A stretch of DNA of 64,000 bases from an uncultured Verrucomicrobiae bacterium (GTDB lineage Bacteria; Verrucomicrobiota; Verrucomicrobiia; Opitutales; JABDGR01), in assembly GCA_963765205.1 (NCBI GenBank), contig CAVXVB010000009.1, forward strand, positions 864,001 to 928,000, in the 5' to 3' direction. How positions within the stretch are numbered: position 1 is the first letter of the stretch; every line of letters begins with the position of its first letter. Positions 10,015-19,551 of the stretch are shown one piece after another. The position numbers and the translations under genes are program-made. The notes under the pieces are model-generated. The model searched no databases, was not told the origin of the DNA, and worked only from the letters and a program-made list of their open reading frames with translations.

Positions 10015-12351
10015 TTAGCTCAAATCCACCGGATCCACGTCAATCGTTTCCAAGACTTCCTTGTCCAGGGGAAACTCCTCGCGGAGTTGGCTGAGGAGCG
10101 GGGCGATGCGGGAAATGCGGTCGGTGAAATACCAGAGTTGGAAGCGGTAATAGCCTTTTAATTTGTCGAGGGGCGGCGGGGCGGGGCCGCGCAGTTCGAC
10201 CCCGGCGGGCAATACCGCTTCCGCGCGCCGAGCCCATTGCTCGGCGTAAAATTTCACCTTCTCGGCGTTGTGGCCGCGAAACAGATGGCGGACGAGCCGG
10301 CGCGACGGCGGGTAATGGTATTCCCGACGCAGCGCGAGTTCGGCGTCGAGAAAGCCGTCGAAGTCGGCGCGCTTGGCGAACTGGATGGGCGCGGCGTGCG
10401 GCGTGTAGGTTTGCACGAAGACTTCGCCCGCAGTGTCCCCGCGGCCCGCGCGACCGGAGACTTGCACGAGGAGCTGAAACGTGCGCTCGTTGGCGCGGAA
10501 ATCCGTCTGGTGCAGCGAGAGGTCGGCGTCCACCAGGCCGCAGAGGGTGACGTTGGGGAAGTCGAGGCCCTTGGCGATCATCTGCGTGCCGACGAGCACG
10601 TCAATTTTGCCGCGGCGGAAATCGGCGAGGATTTGCCGGAAGAGCGTGCGCTTTTGCATCGTGTCGGAGTCGAGGCGCACAATTTTGGCGCGCGGCAGCA
10701 CGCGCAGCGCCGCCTCCTCGACGCGTTGCGTGCCCGAGCCGCGCTGGCGGAGGGATTCCGTTTTGCATTGCGGGCAGCGGCGCGGCGCAGGTTCCGTATA
10801 GCCGCACCAGTGGCAGCGCAGGCGCTCGTCGGTGCGGTGATAAGTGAGCGCGACGCTGCAGTTATGGCAATGGGACACAAAACCGCATTCAAGGCATTGC
10901 AGCGACGAGGAATAGCCGCGGCGGTTGAGGAACAAAATGCTTTGCTCGCGCTTATCGAAGCGGTCGCGCAGGGCTTCGGCGAGTTCGCGCGAAATCACCA
11001 GCGGGCCGGCGCGGCGGTTCTGGTGGCGCAGATCCACCAGGCGCATCGGCGGCAGCGAACGGCCGTCCACGCGCTCGGGCAGGCGGTTCAATTTGTAGCG
11101 GCCCTCGCGCGCGTTGAACAGCGATTCGAGCGCAGGCGTGGCGGAGCCGAGCACGGCGACCGCCCCGGCGAGTTTCGCGCGGTAAACCGCGGCGTCGCGC
11201 CCGTGGTAGCGCGGCGCCTCCTCCTGCTTAAAGGCCGGCTCGTGCTCCTCGTCCACCACTATGAGGCGCAAATTCGCCACCGGTGCAAACACCGCCGAGC
11301 GCGCGCCGACGACCACGCGCGCCTCGCCCCGCGCCACCGCCATCCACGAATCGAAGCGTTCGCCGGCCGAGAGATGGCTGTGCCAGACGACGACCTGCGC
11401 GCCGGTGTCGGCCAGCGCCGAGCGCAGCCGGCCGACGGTCTGCGGAGTCAGCGCGACTTCGGGCACAAGGTAAATGACGCCGCCGCCCGCCGCGAGCACC
11501 GCGCGGATGGAGCGCAGATACACTTCCGTTTTGCCCGAGCCGGTGATGCCGTGCAGCAAATGGACTTGGAATTTTTTTGCGTCGAGGCTCGCCGTAATGT
11601 CGGAAATGGCGGCTTGCTGGTGTTCGTTCAGCTCGAATTTTCCGACGGCGGCGGCGGCTTCGGTTTCGGCGATTTCGTCCTCATAGGCGACGCGCGGGTT
11701 TTCCTGCTTCACTTCCTCGGCAAGGCCTTTTTCGACAAGGGTATCGAACGTGGCGGGGGAAAGTTTCAGCCGAGCAATGAGCAGGCCGCGCGCGAGGGGG
11801 ACGGTTTGCTGGGCGAGAAAGCGGTAGGCGGCGGCCTGTTTGGGCGCGCGGCGTTCGAGCGCGGCGAGTTCTTCGGCGGTGAGCGCGAGGCGGCCCGCGC
11901 GCAACCGCCGTTCCATGCGCAGCGCCATGCCCGCGCGCACGGGCGCGGGAATCATGGTTTCGAAGACCGTCTCGATGGGCGCGAGGTAATAGGCGGCGAT
12001 CCATTTCGCGAGCGCGAGCAAATCGGGCGTCAAAATCGGCTCGGGAAAAACGAGTTCGAGGACGTTTTTGATTTTTGCGGCGGGCACATCCTGGGCGGTG
12101 CCGAGGCGCTCGACGATGCCGAGCGTGGGCGTGTGGCGCAGCGGCACGCGCACCAGGCAGCCGGGCTGCACGCGGCCCGTGAGGTGCGGCGGCAGGCGGT
12201 AGGCCAGCGCGTGATCCACCCCGGCAAGGGGAATGACTTCGACCAACTCGCCCCCGCCGGCATCCGTGGCACGCACGACGGTGGCGCGTCGCGAGTGGGC
12301 AACCACCGGGGGGAAGTCCGGAAAAAGATCAAATTCGCTCGCGCGCGACAT
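10015..12351 (-). CDS. priA: Primosomal protein N' (replication-restart helicase)
   Basis: HGITGSGKTEVY, VVDEEHE, FLNRRGY, four CxxC pairs, GTQMIAKGLDFPNV, QVSGRAGR. Confidence 0.97.
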   Translation of the reverse strand: MSRASEFDLFPDFPPVVAHSRRATVVRATDAGGGELVEVIPLAGVDHALAYRLPPHLTGRVQPGCLVRVPLRHTPTLGIVERLGTAQDVPAAKIKNVLELVFPEPILTPDLLALAKWIAAYYLAPIETVFETMIPAPVRAGMALRMERRLRAGRLALTAEELAALERRAPKQAAAYRFLAQQTVPLARGLLIARLKLSPATFDTLVEKGLAEEVKQENPRVAYEDEIAETEAAAAVGKFELNEHQQAAISDITASLDAKKFQVHLLHGITGSGKTEVYLRSIRAVLAAGGGVIYLVPEVALTPQTVGRLRSALADTGAQVVVWHSHLSAGERFDSWMAVARGEARVVVGARSAVFAPVANLRLIVVDEEHEPAFKQEEAPRYHGRDAAVYRAKLAGAVAVLGSATPALESLFNAREGRYKLNRLPERVDGRSLPPMRLVDLRHQNRRAGPLVISRELAEALRDRFDKREQSILFLNRRGYSSSLQCLECGFVSHCHNCSVALTYHRTDERLRCHWCGYTEPAPRRCPQCKTESLRQRGSGTQRVEEAALRVLPRAKIVRLDSDTMQKRTLFRQILADFRRGKIDVLVGTQMIAKGLDFPNVTLCGLVDADLSLHQTDFRANERTFQLLVQVSGRAGRGDTAGEVFVQTYTPHAAPIQFAKRADFDGFLDAELALRREYHYPPSRRLVRHLFRGHNAEKVKFYAEQWARRAEAVLPAGVELRGPAPPPLDKLKGYYRFQLWYFTDRISRIAPLLSQLREEFPLDKEVLETIDVDPVDLS

Positions 12352-12496
12352 GGTGGATGTTGAAGGGTGGAAATCACGGGGGCAACCCCGACGGTGGCCC
12401 GACTAGGCTACCCCACCCTATTTCCTGACGTTGACCTTCCGGCGCTTTAGTGTCAATTTTGTCTCAATAACGGATTCCTCCCTTCCCTTCACCCGC

Positions 12497-13060
12497 ATGG
12501 CCGCCACTGTTTCCAGCGCCACCGGCACCTCCGGCCCGCCGCCCCGCGCGCCGTCAGCGGAGCCTTCGATGGCCATCGAGAACCCGCGCGACACGTTCAA
12601 GGAATTTCTCGCCAGCAAGGGCCTGCGCGTCACGAACCAGCGCCTGGCAATTTTTGACGCCGCCTTCAACCAGCACGACCACTTCACCGCCGAGGACTTG
12701 CTCGAACGCGCCCGCGCGCTGGACGACTCGGTGTCCCGCGCCACCGTTTACCGCAGCCTGCCGATTTTGACCGAGAGCGGCCTGGTGCGCGAGGTGGACG
12801 TGGGCCGCGACTATAAATACTACATGGCCAACGCGCGCGCCCGCACCTTCCAGGCCCAGCTCATCTGCCTGGATTGTGACAAGATCTTCGAGGTGGATGC
12901 GCCCTTCATGGAATGGTATGGAAAAACTGTTTGTGACAAGCGCGACATGGAGCCGGAATCGCAGCGCCTGCAGGTCACGGCCCGCTGCCGCGCCCGGCTG
13001 CGCGGCGCCCGCTGCCCGCACGCCGCGGCCGCGACCGTCTCCTCGACCCGCGCCAAATAG
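12497..13060 (+). CDS. Fur-family transcriptional regulator (atypical metal ligands)
   Basis: [40 protein letters not shown]; start could alternatively be 12569. Confidence 0.85.
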   Translation: MAATVSSATGTSGPPPRAPSAEPSMAIENPRDTFKEFLASKGLRVTNQRLAIFDAAFNQHDHFTAEDLLERARALDDSVSRATVYRSLPILTESGLVREVDVGRDYKYYMANARARTFQAQLICLDCDKIFEVDAPFMEWYGKTVCDKRDMEPESQRLQVTARCRARLRGARCPHAAAATVSSTRAK

Positions 13061-13067
13061 GCATTTT

Positions 13068-13463
13068 ATGGCCGATCCCGACCGCCAATTCCAAATCAAG
13101 TTCTTCGAGGGCGTCCTCAAGCACAATCCGGATTACCCGGAGGTGATTGCCTTGCTCGGCGGCCTTTACACGGAAGAGGGCCGCGTGGACGAGGGCTTGC
13201 GCATGGATCGCAAGCTGGTGCGCCTGACGCCGCAGAACCCCATCGCGCATTACAACCTCGCCTGCTCGCTCGCGCTCAAGCGCCGCAAGGCCGACGCCGT
13301 GCGCGCCCTGCGCCGCGCCGTCGAAACCGGCTACCGCGATCTGGACAAACTGCGCGAAGACCCCGACCTGGCCTCGCTGCGCGACTACGCGGCTTTTCTG
13401 GAAGTCGAAGCCGAGCTAATTCGCGCGCAAACGCAGGCCAATCCCGAGCTGGGGCGGTCGTGA
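13068..13463 (+). CDS. TPR-repeat protein
   Basis: PQNPIAHYNLACSLAL and DPDLASLR C-terminal TPR motif; starts 7 nt after the fur stop. Confidence 0.8.
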   Translation: MADPDRQFQIKFFEGVLKHNPDYPEVIALLGGLYTEEGRVDEGLRMDRKLVRLTPQNPIAHYNLACSLALKRRKADAVRALRRAVETGYRDLDKLREDPDLASLRDYAAFLEVEAELIRAQTQANPELGRS

Positions 13464-13559
13464 CCTAATCGCTTCTCATACGACTTAACGAATCGGAGAT
13501 TTTACGGAACTATGCACTTAACAAACCTTTGGGTCTCCTCGTTTCAAAAAATAAACGCT

Positions 13560-13943
13560 TCACTTGACGCTAACATAGCCACAAACAACCAGTTGCATCG
13601 TTCGCAACAAGTCAAAATGTTCTGGTATTGCACTAACACTAGCTGGGCCTCTGTCCCTTATAACATCTTTTATCATTTTAACGAATTCATCAATACTTTT
13701 TGCTTCACCTCCCGCAAAATTCTTGCGGGAATCTGGAACACTGGGGAATATCGCAACATGGTGAATCGGCGTTATATCACTTAATTCTTTGGGGGACGGT
13801 TCGAGATAAAGGTCAATGGCCTCCCGAATATTCTTCAACGCGGCCGCGCGCGTGCGGCCTTGGGACCAACAGCTTTTCAAAGAGGGGCAGTGGGCGGTGA
13901 AGTAACCGTCCTGACCGCGGGCAATGACAATTTTCAGCTCCAT
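13560..13943 (-). CDS. HicB-family antitoxin domain fused to an unrelated AT-rich tail; no HicA partner
   Basis: GYFTAHCPSLKSCWSQGRTRAAALKNIREAIDLYLE is HicB-like. Confidence 0.7.
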   Translation of the reverse strand: MELKIVIARGQDGYFTAHCPSLKSCWSQGRTRAAALKNIREAIDLYLEPSPKELSDITPIHHVAIFPSVPDSRKNFAGGEAKSIDEFVKMIKDVIRDRGPASVSAIPEHFDLLRTMQLVVCGYVSVK

Positions 13944-13999
13944 GGAAAACAAGTTTGCGGTCATGCCGGAAGAAGTCAATTTTATAGCTCGGACTGTCC

Positions 14000-14992
14000 A
14001 TGCCCGCCGCCCTTCCCGAATTGAACTACGAACCGCACGTCCTCGCGCCCGCGCGGGGCGGGCCGGCGCCGTTGTCGGCGTTGCAGCAGGAGGTGCTGCG
14101 CCTCAAGCGCGAGCGCCGGGCCGTCATCCTCGCGCATAATTACCAGGTCGAGGAAATCCAGCGCGTGGCGGATTTCGTGGGCGATTCGCTGGGCTTGTCC
14201 TACGAGGCGGCCAAGGCCGATGCGGAGGTCATCGCTTTTTGCGGCGTCCACTTCATGGCGGAGACGGCGAAAATCGTGAATCCCGGCAAAATTGTGCTGC
14301 TGCCGGACCTCGCCGCGGGATGCTCGCTATCGGACTCATGCCCGGCGGAAAAACTGGCCGCCTATAAAGCCGCGCACCCAGGCCTCTACGTGGTCGCCTA
14401 CATCAATTGCTCGGCGGCGGTGAAGGCGCTCAGCGACGTGATCGTGACGAGCAGCAACGCGGTGAAAATCGTACAACGCGTGCCGCCGGAGCGGGAGATT
14501 TTGTTCGTGCCCGACCAGAACCTGGGCCAGTGGGTCGCGCAACAGACGGGAAGGGCCATGCGCCTGTGGCCGGGGAGTTGCTACGCGCACGTCCTGTTCA
14601 CCGTGCGCGCCCTCGAAAAAATCAAATTGAAGTTTCCCGGCGCACCGGTCGTCGCCCACCCGGAATGCGTGCTGGCCGTGCGCGATCTGGCGGATGAGGT
14701 TTGCAGCACGGAAAAAATGGTGGCGTTCTGCCGCAACAATCCGGCGCCGGCCTTCATCGTGGCGACCGAGTCGGGCATGATGCACCGGCTGCACCGCGAA
14801 ATCCCGGACAAAACCTTCATCGCCGCGCCGACGGACAAATGCGCGTGCAACGACTGCCGCTTCATGAAACTCAACACGCTGGAAAAGCTGCACGCCTGCC
14901 TGCGGGACTTGCAACCCCGCATCGAGTTGCCGCCGGACATCCTCGAGCAGGCGCGGGCGCCGATCCAGCGGATGCTCGACTGGAGCCGGTGA
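14000..14992 (+). CDS. nadA: Quinolinate synthase
   Basis: ILAHNYQ, GDSL, FCGVHFMAETAKI, AGCSL, AYINCSA, PDQNLG, AHPEC, C-x-x-M-K motif. Confidence 0.97.
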   Translation: MPAALPELNYEPHVLAPARGGPAPLSALQQEVLRLKRERRAVILAHNYQVEEIQRVADFVGDSLGLSYEAAKADAEVIAFCGVHFMAETAKIVNPGKIVLLPDLAAGCSLSDSCPAEKLAAYKAAHPGLYVVAYINCSAAVKALSDVIVTSSNAVKIVQRVPPEREILFVPDQNLGQWVAQQTGRAMRLWPGSCYAHVLFTVRALEKIKLKFPGAPVVAHPECVLAVRDLADEVCSTEKMVAFCRNNPAPAFIVATESGMMHRLHREIPDKTFIAAPTDKCACNDCRFMKLNTLEKLHACLRDLQPRIELPPDILEQARAPIQRMLDWSR

Positions 14993-15005
14993 ACCTTTGC
15001 CAGCC

Positions 15006-15260
15006 ATGCCTCCGCCGTATCAGGTCAGTTTCAAACCACGCGCCCTGAATGACCTTGCCGCGCTGCCTCAGGCTGGCGCGGCCCGAGTCATGGAGCGCTT
15101 GGGCCATCTCGCCCAAGGTCTGCCCGCCGACGTAAAGAAATTATCCCAGCAGGAACCCGGCTACCGCCTGCGCTCCGGTGAATGGCGCGCCTTGTTTGAT
15201 CTCGACAGCCAGCAAATCACCGTTTACCGTGTCTTGCATCGCCGCGAGGCTTACCGATGA
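15006..15260 (+). CDS. RelE/ParE-family type II toxin
   Basis: YQVSFKPRALNDL, VKKL, GYRLRSGEWRALF, VLHRREAY. Confidence 0.85.
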   Translation: MPPPYQVSFKPRALNDLAALPQAGAARVMERLGHLAQGLPADVKKLSQQEPGYRLRSGEWRALFDLDSQQITVYRVLHRREAYR

Positions 15261-15460
15261 GCGCCCCATCCCTCCATCCCCGCTACATTGAAGAGGACGG
15301 CAAAAAAACCTTTGTGGTTCTGCCGTATGATGAGTTTGTGGGCCTGCAGGAGCACTTGGAAGATGCCGAAGATTTGCGCATTATCCGTCGCGAGCGGGAA
15401 ATTTCCCGTTCGGAACCGACGCTTTCACTGGATGAAGTCAGGCGGCGTTTGGGTCTGTAA
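15257..15460 (+). CDS. Cognate small acidic antitoxin (Phd/YefM-like C-terminus)
   Basis: ATGA overlap with toxin; FVVLPYDEF...LEDAED...SLDEV pattern. Confidence 0.75.
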   Translation: MSAPSLHPRYIEEDGKKTFVVLPYDEFVGLQEHLEDAEDLRIIRREREISRSEPTLSLDEVRRRLGL

Positions 15461-15553
15461 ATTGTCGCCCATGCTCGACTGGAGCCGCTAACGCAAAAGG
15501 ACCATTTTATCATGGCGCGGGCCGGGGGTTGTGTTCATTATCCCGCTTCAAGC

Positions 15554-16030
15554 ATGAAATCAAACCCCTCAACTTGGACGACTGCCGCAGCGCGGTCGCT
15601 AGCCGGCCTGTTGGCGGCCGGGGCGCTGCTTTTCGCCGGTGCTTGCAGCGACGGGCCGAACAGCGACGTGGAGGAGACGGTGCAAATCATTTCCGCGCCG
15701 GCCAACGCCAAAGTGACGATTGATGGCGTGGACTCCGGCACCACGCCCATCCCGGCCGTGCTGGGCAAAGACCGCGAGACGCACGTCGTCATCAGCAAGC
15801 CGGGGTTTGCGCCCGCGGACATTTACGTCCATGTGCAGGACGGGCACCTGACACCAAACCCGGTGGACGTGAAACTGCGCTGCGAATTGCTGCCCGACAA
15901 ACCCGGCCCGAATCGCGCGGCCGAGCTGGCCACCTGCCTGGAAAATTTGAAGAAATACGTCGCCATCGGCAACATCGTGCCGGAGGACGAGGCCTATGCG
16001 GAGGCGCAAATCCGGGAGTTTTATAAGTGA
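15554..16030 (+). CDS. PEGA-domain lipoprotein
   Basis: Lipobox FAGAC; ISAPANAKVTIDG..GTTP...ISKPGF. Confidence 0.75.
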   Translation: MKSNPSTWTTAAARSLAGLLAAGALLFAGACSDGPNSDVEETVQIISAPANAKVTIDGVDSGTTPIPAVLGKDRETHVVISKPGFAPADIYVHVQDGHLTPNPVDVKLRCELLPDKPGPNRAAELATCLENLKKYVAIGNIVPEDEAYAEAQIREFYK

Positions 16031-16056
16031 AGTGCCTCAGTGCCTTCTTCAAAAAA

Positions 16057-16132
16057 TGGAGCCGGCAGTCGGACTCGAACCGACGACCTACGGTTTACAA
16101 AACCGTAGCTCTACCAACTGAGCTATGCCGGC
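16057..16132 (-). tRNA. tRNA-Thr(UGU)
   Basis: Cloverleaf: GCCGGCA acceptor, D arm GCTCAGTTGGTAGAGC, ACGGT-TTTGTAA-ACCGT, GTCGG-TTCGAGT-CCGAC, encoded CCA. Confidence 0.97.
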
Positions 16133-16187
16133 AAATTGCTTATAAGCAACGAGTTATAAAATAGATTTTTGACCCTAAAATAGTAGT

Positions 16188-16208
16188 TGTCACCCGTTCG
16201 TGTAACTC
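16188..16208 (+). promoter_or_regulatory. Tandem putative integrase arm-type sites TGTCACCC-N5-TGTAACTC overlapping the int promoter region
   Basis: 13-bp periodicity; same motif at 31733-31753 and 49196-49216. Confidence 0.65.
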
Positions 16209-16222
16209 GGTAGTATTCGGGC

Positions 16223-17303
16223 ATGAAATCCCCACAAAAAAAACCCCGCCCGCCAGGATGGGCGAACGTATTCCAAGGTAGCTGAGTGCCTGTATCGAAG
16301 TGACGCATCAGGCATATATTATGCACTGCTCAAAAAGAGCGGCAAGCAAATCCGCCGGTCCCTCAAGACCGATGATCGCAAGTTGGCGGAACGTCGCTTG
16401 GCTGAATTCCGCGAAAAGGTTGACCGGCTCGACCTCGGCGAAGGCAAGACCCGCCTGACCTTTGACGAAGTGGCGGCGCGGTGGCTGGATTCCCTGCGGT
16501 CGCATCTCAAGCCATCCTCGGCGCTGCGCCGGGAAACCAGCCTCAAGCAACTGCGCCCCACCTTCGGAGCCGTCCCAGTGCGCAGCATTATCCGCCTGCA
16601 ATGCGAAGAGTGGGCCAAGCATCGTAGCCCGCAGATCGCGGCCTCCACCTTCAACAATGAGCGGGAAACCATGCTCTCGGTGCTGGAATACGCGCAGCGG
16701 GAAGGGTTGATCATGGACAATCCGGCCAAGGTCATCGGTCGCCGCAAGCTTGGCAAGACAACCGTGCTCATTCCCAGCCGGGAGCAATTCGAAAAGCTGG
16801 TTGCCACCCTGCGCGGTCTCGACATCCGCTACCAGGACGCCGCCGATTTTATCGAACTCCTAGCATACTCCGGGATGCGTAAGGCAGAAGCCAACGCCTT
16901 CGGCCTGGCTGACGTGGATTTTGAGCGCGGGAGCTTCAACGTTACTGGCGGCGAGCTCGGCACCAAAAACCACGAAATGCGTGTGGTCCCGCTCTTTCCC
17001 GTCTTCCGCGCGTTCGTTCAACGCCTCCAAACACAAAGCCCGCGTCCGGCAGATAAACCGCTGGTGCCGATCCTCGACGGCAAGAACGCTTTGGACACCG
17101 CTTGCAAGCTCAACGGTTACCCGCACTTTACGAATCATTGCATGAGACACTTTTTTGTCAGTAATGCGCTTGAAAAGGGCGTTGAATTCAAGACCATAGC
17201 TGCTTGGGTCGGCCACAAGGACGGCGGCTTGCTCGTCGCCAAAACCTACGGCCACCTCCGCGATACCCACTCTTTCGAAATGGCCAAAAGAATTACTTTA
17301 TGA
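16223..17303 (+). CDS. Tyrosine recombinase/integrase (natural ATG 16223 is 1 nt out of frame; slip likely in A8 run 16236-16243)
   Basis: Catalytic R (SGMR), K (GTKN), HxxR (HCMRH), GH, Y (TYGH). Upstream frame VAECLYRSDASGIYYALLKKSGKQIRRSL matches the N-terminus of the paralog at 48110-49180. Confidence 0.92.
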
Positions 17304-17412
17304 ATGCAGAAGCAGAAGCCCAGAAAAATCGGCACCTCCGAGAGTTTTTGGAGACCAAAGCTGCAAGTGCCGTTTCTGGAGCTTCGCGAGATCGCGTAGA
17401 TGGCTCGGAGGC

Positions 17413-17467
17413 CCCGCCAACAAAAGCCCCCCGGCCCTTACGGGCGGGGGGGGCTTTTGTTGGCGGG
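17413..17467. terminator. Long GC-rich hairpin downstream of integrase (20-bp perfect outer stem plus inner 4-bp stem)
   Basis: CCCGCCAACAAAAGCCCCCC (17413-17432) / GGGGGGCTTTTGTTGGCGGG (17448-17467); the terminator role is inferred. Confidence 0.5.
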
Positions 17468-17800
17468 CCTGAGCTTGTTAGAATTCTCAATAAGTCCCAA
17501 ATGCAAGTCGCTTTCGCTGCCAGAAGCCAGCAACCTTGAACTTGACGGCCAAAAGGAAGAGGCCAAAACTATGTTTTGACATAGCTTGAGCGGTCGCATC
17601 TCGACCGATTTCAACCGGACCATGGCAGATGAAAGAGGCCGTCGGGTATGCGGGTGATTCACCGGGGCAAGTCCCGCCGCAGCGGGATTGGGGTGTTTAG
17701 TCGAACGTAGGCGAGGTTCGCTCTAGAAAAAAGAACGGGTTAGTAGCCGAGAAGGTGCTCAGTGACGCTTTAAAATGGCCCAAAGTGCATGTTGGCATGG

Positions 17801-17816
17801 TGGCACTTCCCAGGCT
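17801..17816 (+). promoter_or_regulatory. Possible sigma-54 promoter for the urease operon
   Basis: TGGCAC-TTCCC-AGGCT: GG and GC at -24/-12 spacing, but weak -12 box. Confidence 0.35.
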
Positions 17817-17963
17817 ATGGTTGGCGCGTGGGCTCATTTGCGGCGGTGACTTTTGCCTTGATGCGGCGAACGTTTTTGTTTAGTGAATCGTGGTGTTATG
17901 GTTGTTCCATGGCATAGCGTTCCGTTAAATGATGAAGAGGATTCACCATTTAACCGTGTGAAC

Positions 17964-18779
17964 ATGGCGAAAACCACCGCGCGCCTCGAAGTTAACGTAG
18001 TCGCCGGACGCAGCGCAGCCACCACGGTTTGTTCCTCGAATCCGCTGAAGCTCCTGGTTCCGCGCCCGCGCGGGGAAAGCATCTGGGCCTACCTGGGCAG
18101 TTTCGGGGGCGGGTTCGTGGCGGGGGATGAGACCAGCATGGCCATTCGTCTGGGAGCCGACGCCCGCTGTTTTCTATCCACGCAGGCTTCCACCAAAATC
18201 TACCGCAATCCTCGCGAGCTACCCTGCGGCCAATCGCTCCGGGCCGAGCTCGCAGCCGGTTCGCTGCTCGTCTTCGCGCCCGACCCCATCCAGTCCTTTG
18301 CCGGCTCGGCCTATGCCCAGCGCCAGGAATTTCATCTGCAAGCGGGCGCCAGTCTAGTGCTGGTCGATTGGTTTTGCTCCGGTCGCACAGCGCGCAACGA
18401 ACGCTGGATTTTCACGCGTTTGCAAAGCCGGAACGAAATTTTTGTCGGCGGAGAAAGATTGCTGGTGGATTCCCTGCTGCTGGATCAGGCCGATGGCCCG
18501 CTCGAAGGGACCCATCGCATGGGCCGCTTTAATTGCGTCGCCGTCATTGTCGTCATGGGAGCCTCCGTGGCCGAGGCCGCGGCGAACTGGCTCGCGGAAG
18601 TGGCCAGCCGTCCGGTGGCGCGGCGCGCCAGCCTCATCGTCACCGCCAGCCCCCTGCGGGAAGGCGTCATCGTGCGCGTGGCCGGCGAAAGTAGCGAGGA
18701 AGTCGCCCGCGAAATTCATCGCGGACTCGCCTTTGTGCCCAAATTGCTGGGTGACGACCCGTGGTCTAGAAAGTGGTAA
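17964..18779 (+). CDS. ureD: Urease accessory protein UreD
   Basis: [43 protein letters not shown]; start may be up to 17883. Confidence 0.92.
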   Translation: MAKTTARLEVNVVAGRSAATTVCSSNPLKLLVPRPRGESIWAYLGSFGGGFVAGDETSMAIRLGADARCFLSTQASTKIYRNPRELPCGQSLRAELAAGSLLVFAPDPIQSFAGSAYAQRQEFHLQAGASLVLVDWFCSGRTARNERWIFTRLQSRNEIFVGGERLLVDSLLLDQADGPLEGTHRMGRFNCVAVIVVMGASVAEAAANWLAEVASRPVARRASLIVTASPLREGVIVRVAGESSEEVAREIHRGLAFVPKLLGDDPWSRKW

Positions 18780-18786
18780 AACTATT

Positions 18787-19545
18787 ATGCACCTGAACCC
18801 TCGAGAACTGGACAAGTTAATCCTGCACCAAGCCGGTGTCCTGGCGCAAAAACGGCTGGCGCGCGGCTTGCGCCTCAATCATCCCGAGGCCGTCGCGCTG
18901 ATCGCTACGCAGTTGCTCGAATTCGTTCGCGACAGCAAAAGCGTTTCCGAATTGATGGACCTCGGCCGCCAGTTGCTCGGCCGCAACCAGGTGATGGAGG
19001 GCGTGCCTTCCATGATTACAGAAGTGCAGGTTGAGGGAACTTTTCCCGACGGCACCAAATTGATCACCGTGCACCATCCCATCGCCGCCGCCGAGGGCAA
19101 CCTCGTCCTGGCGTTGCAGGGAAGTTTTTTGCCCGTGCCGGACGCCGCCTTGTTCAAGCCGGAGGTCGCAGATATTGAGCCGGGTGAATGTCTCGCGTCG
19201 GAGGGAGTCGTGGAACTCAACGCAGGCCGCAACAGCATCAAGCTCCCGGTCACCAATCTGGGCGACCGCCCCGTCCAGGTGGGCAGCCACTACCATTTCA
19301 TCGAGACCAACGCCTCGCTCGAATTTGACCGGCTCGCGGCCTACGGCAAACGCCTGGACATTCCCGCCGGGACGGCCGTGCGGTTCGAGCCGGGCGAAAC
19401 CAAAACCGTGCAGCTCGTCGACATCGCCGGCCGGCGTGTTATCCACGGCGGCAATAATCTGGCCAGTGGCCCGGTTTCCGACGCCGGCAGGGCGGCGGCG
19501 GCCACCCGCATCGCGCAACAAGGTTTTTCCCACAAATCATCCTGA
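18787..19545 (+). CDS. ureAB: Fused urease gamma/beta subunit
   Basis: [11 protein letters not shown]...[21 protein letters not shown] followed by [13 protein letters not shown]...[15 protein letters not shown]. Confidence 0.95.
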   Translation: MHLNPRELDKLILHQAGVLAQKRLARGLRLNHPEAVALIATQLLEFVRDSKSVSELMDLGRQLLGRNQVMEGVPSMITEVQVEGTFPDGTKLITVHHPIAAAEGNLVLALQGSFLPVPDAALFKPEVADIEPGECLASEGVVELNAGRNSIKLPVTNLGDRPVQVGSHYHFIETNASLEFDRLAAYGKRLDIPAGTAVRFEPGETKTVQLVDIAGRRVIHGGNNLASGPVSDAGRAAAATRIAQQGFSHKSS

Positions 19546-19551
19546 CCCACC

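Larger units (their letters stand above)
14972..15487 (+). mobile_element. Minimal toxin-antitoxin islet inserted in the nadA 3' end, bounded by 17-bp direct repeats
   Basis: ATGCTCGACTGGAGCCG at 14972-14988 and 15471-15487; both copies continue to encode MLDWSR-stop. Confidence 0.75.

Noticed and set aside
10237..12363. Long antisense ORFs (also 19537-21249, 38700-40301, 41426-43057, 56695-57978)
   Set aside because: Shadow frames of GC3-rich genes with no recognisable motifs
17300..17539. ORF overlapping the integrase stop as a possible excisionase
   Set aside because: No HTH-like pattern, and it reads through the long hairpin
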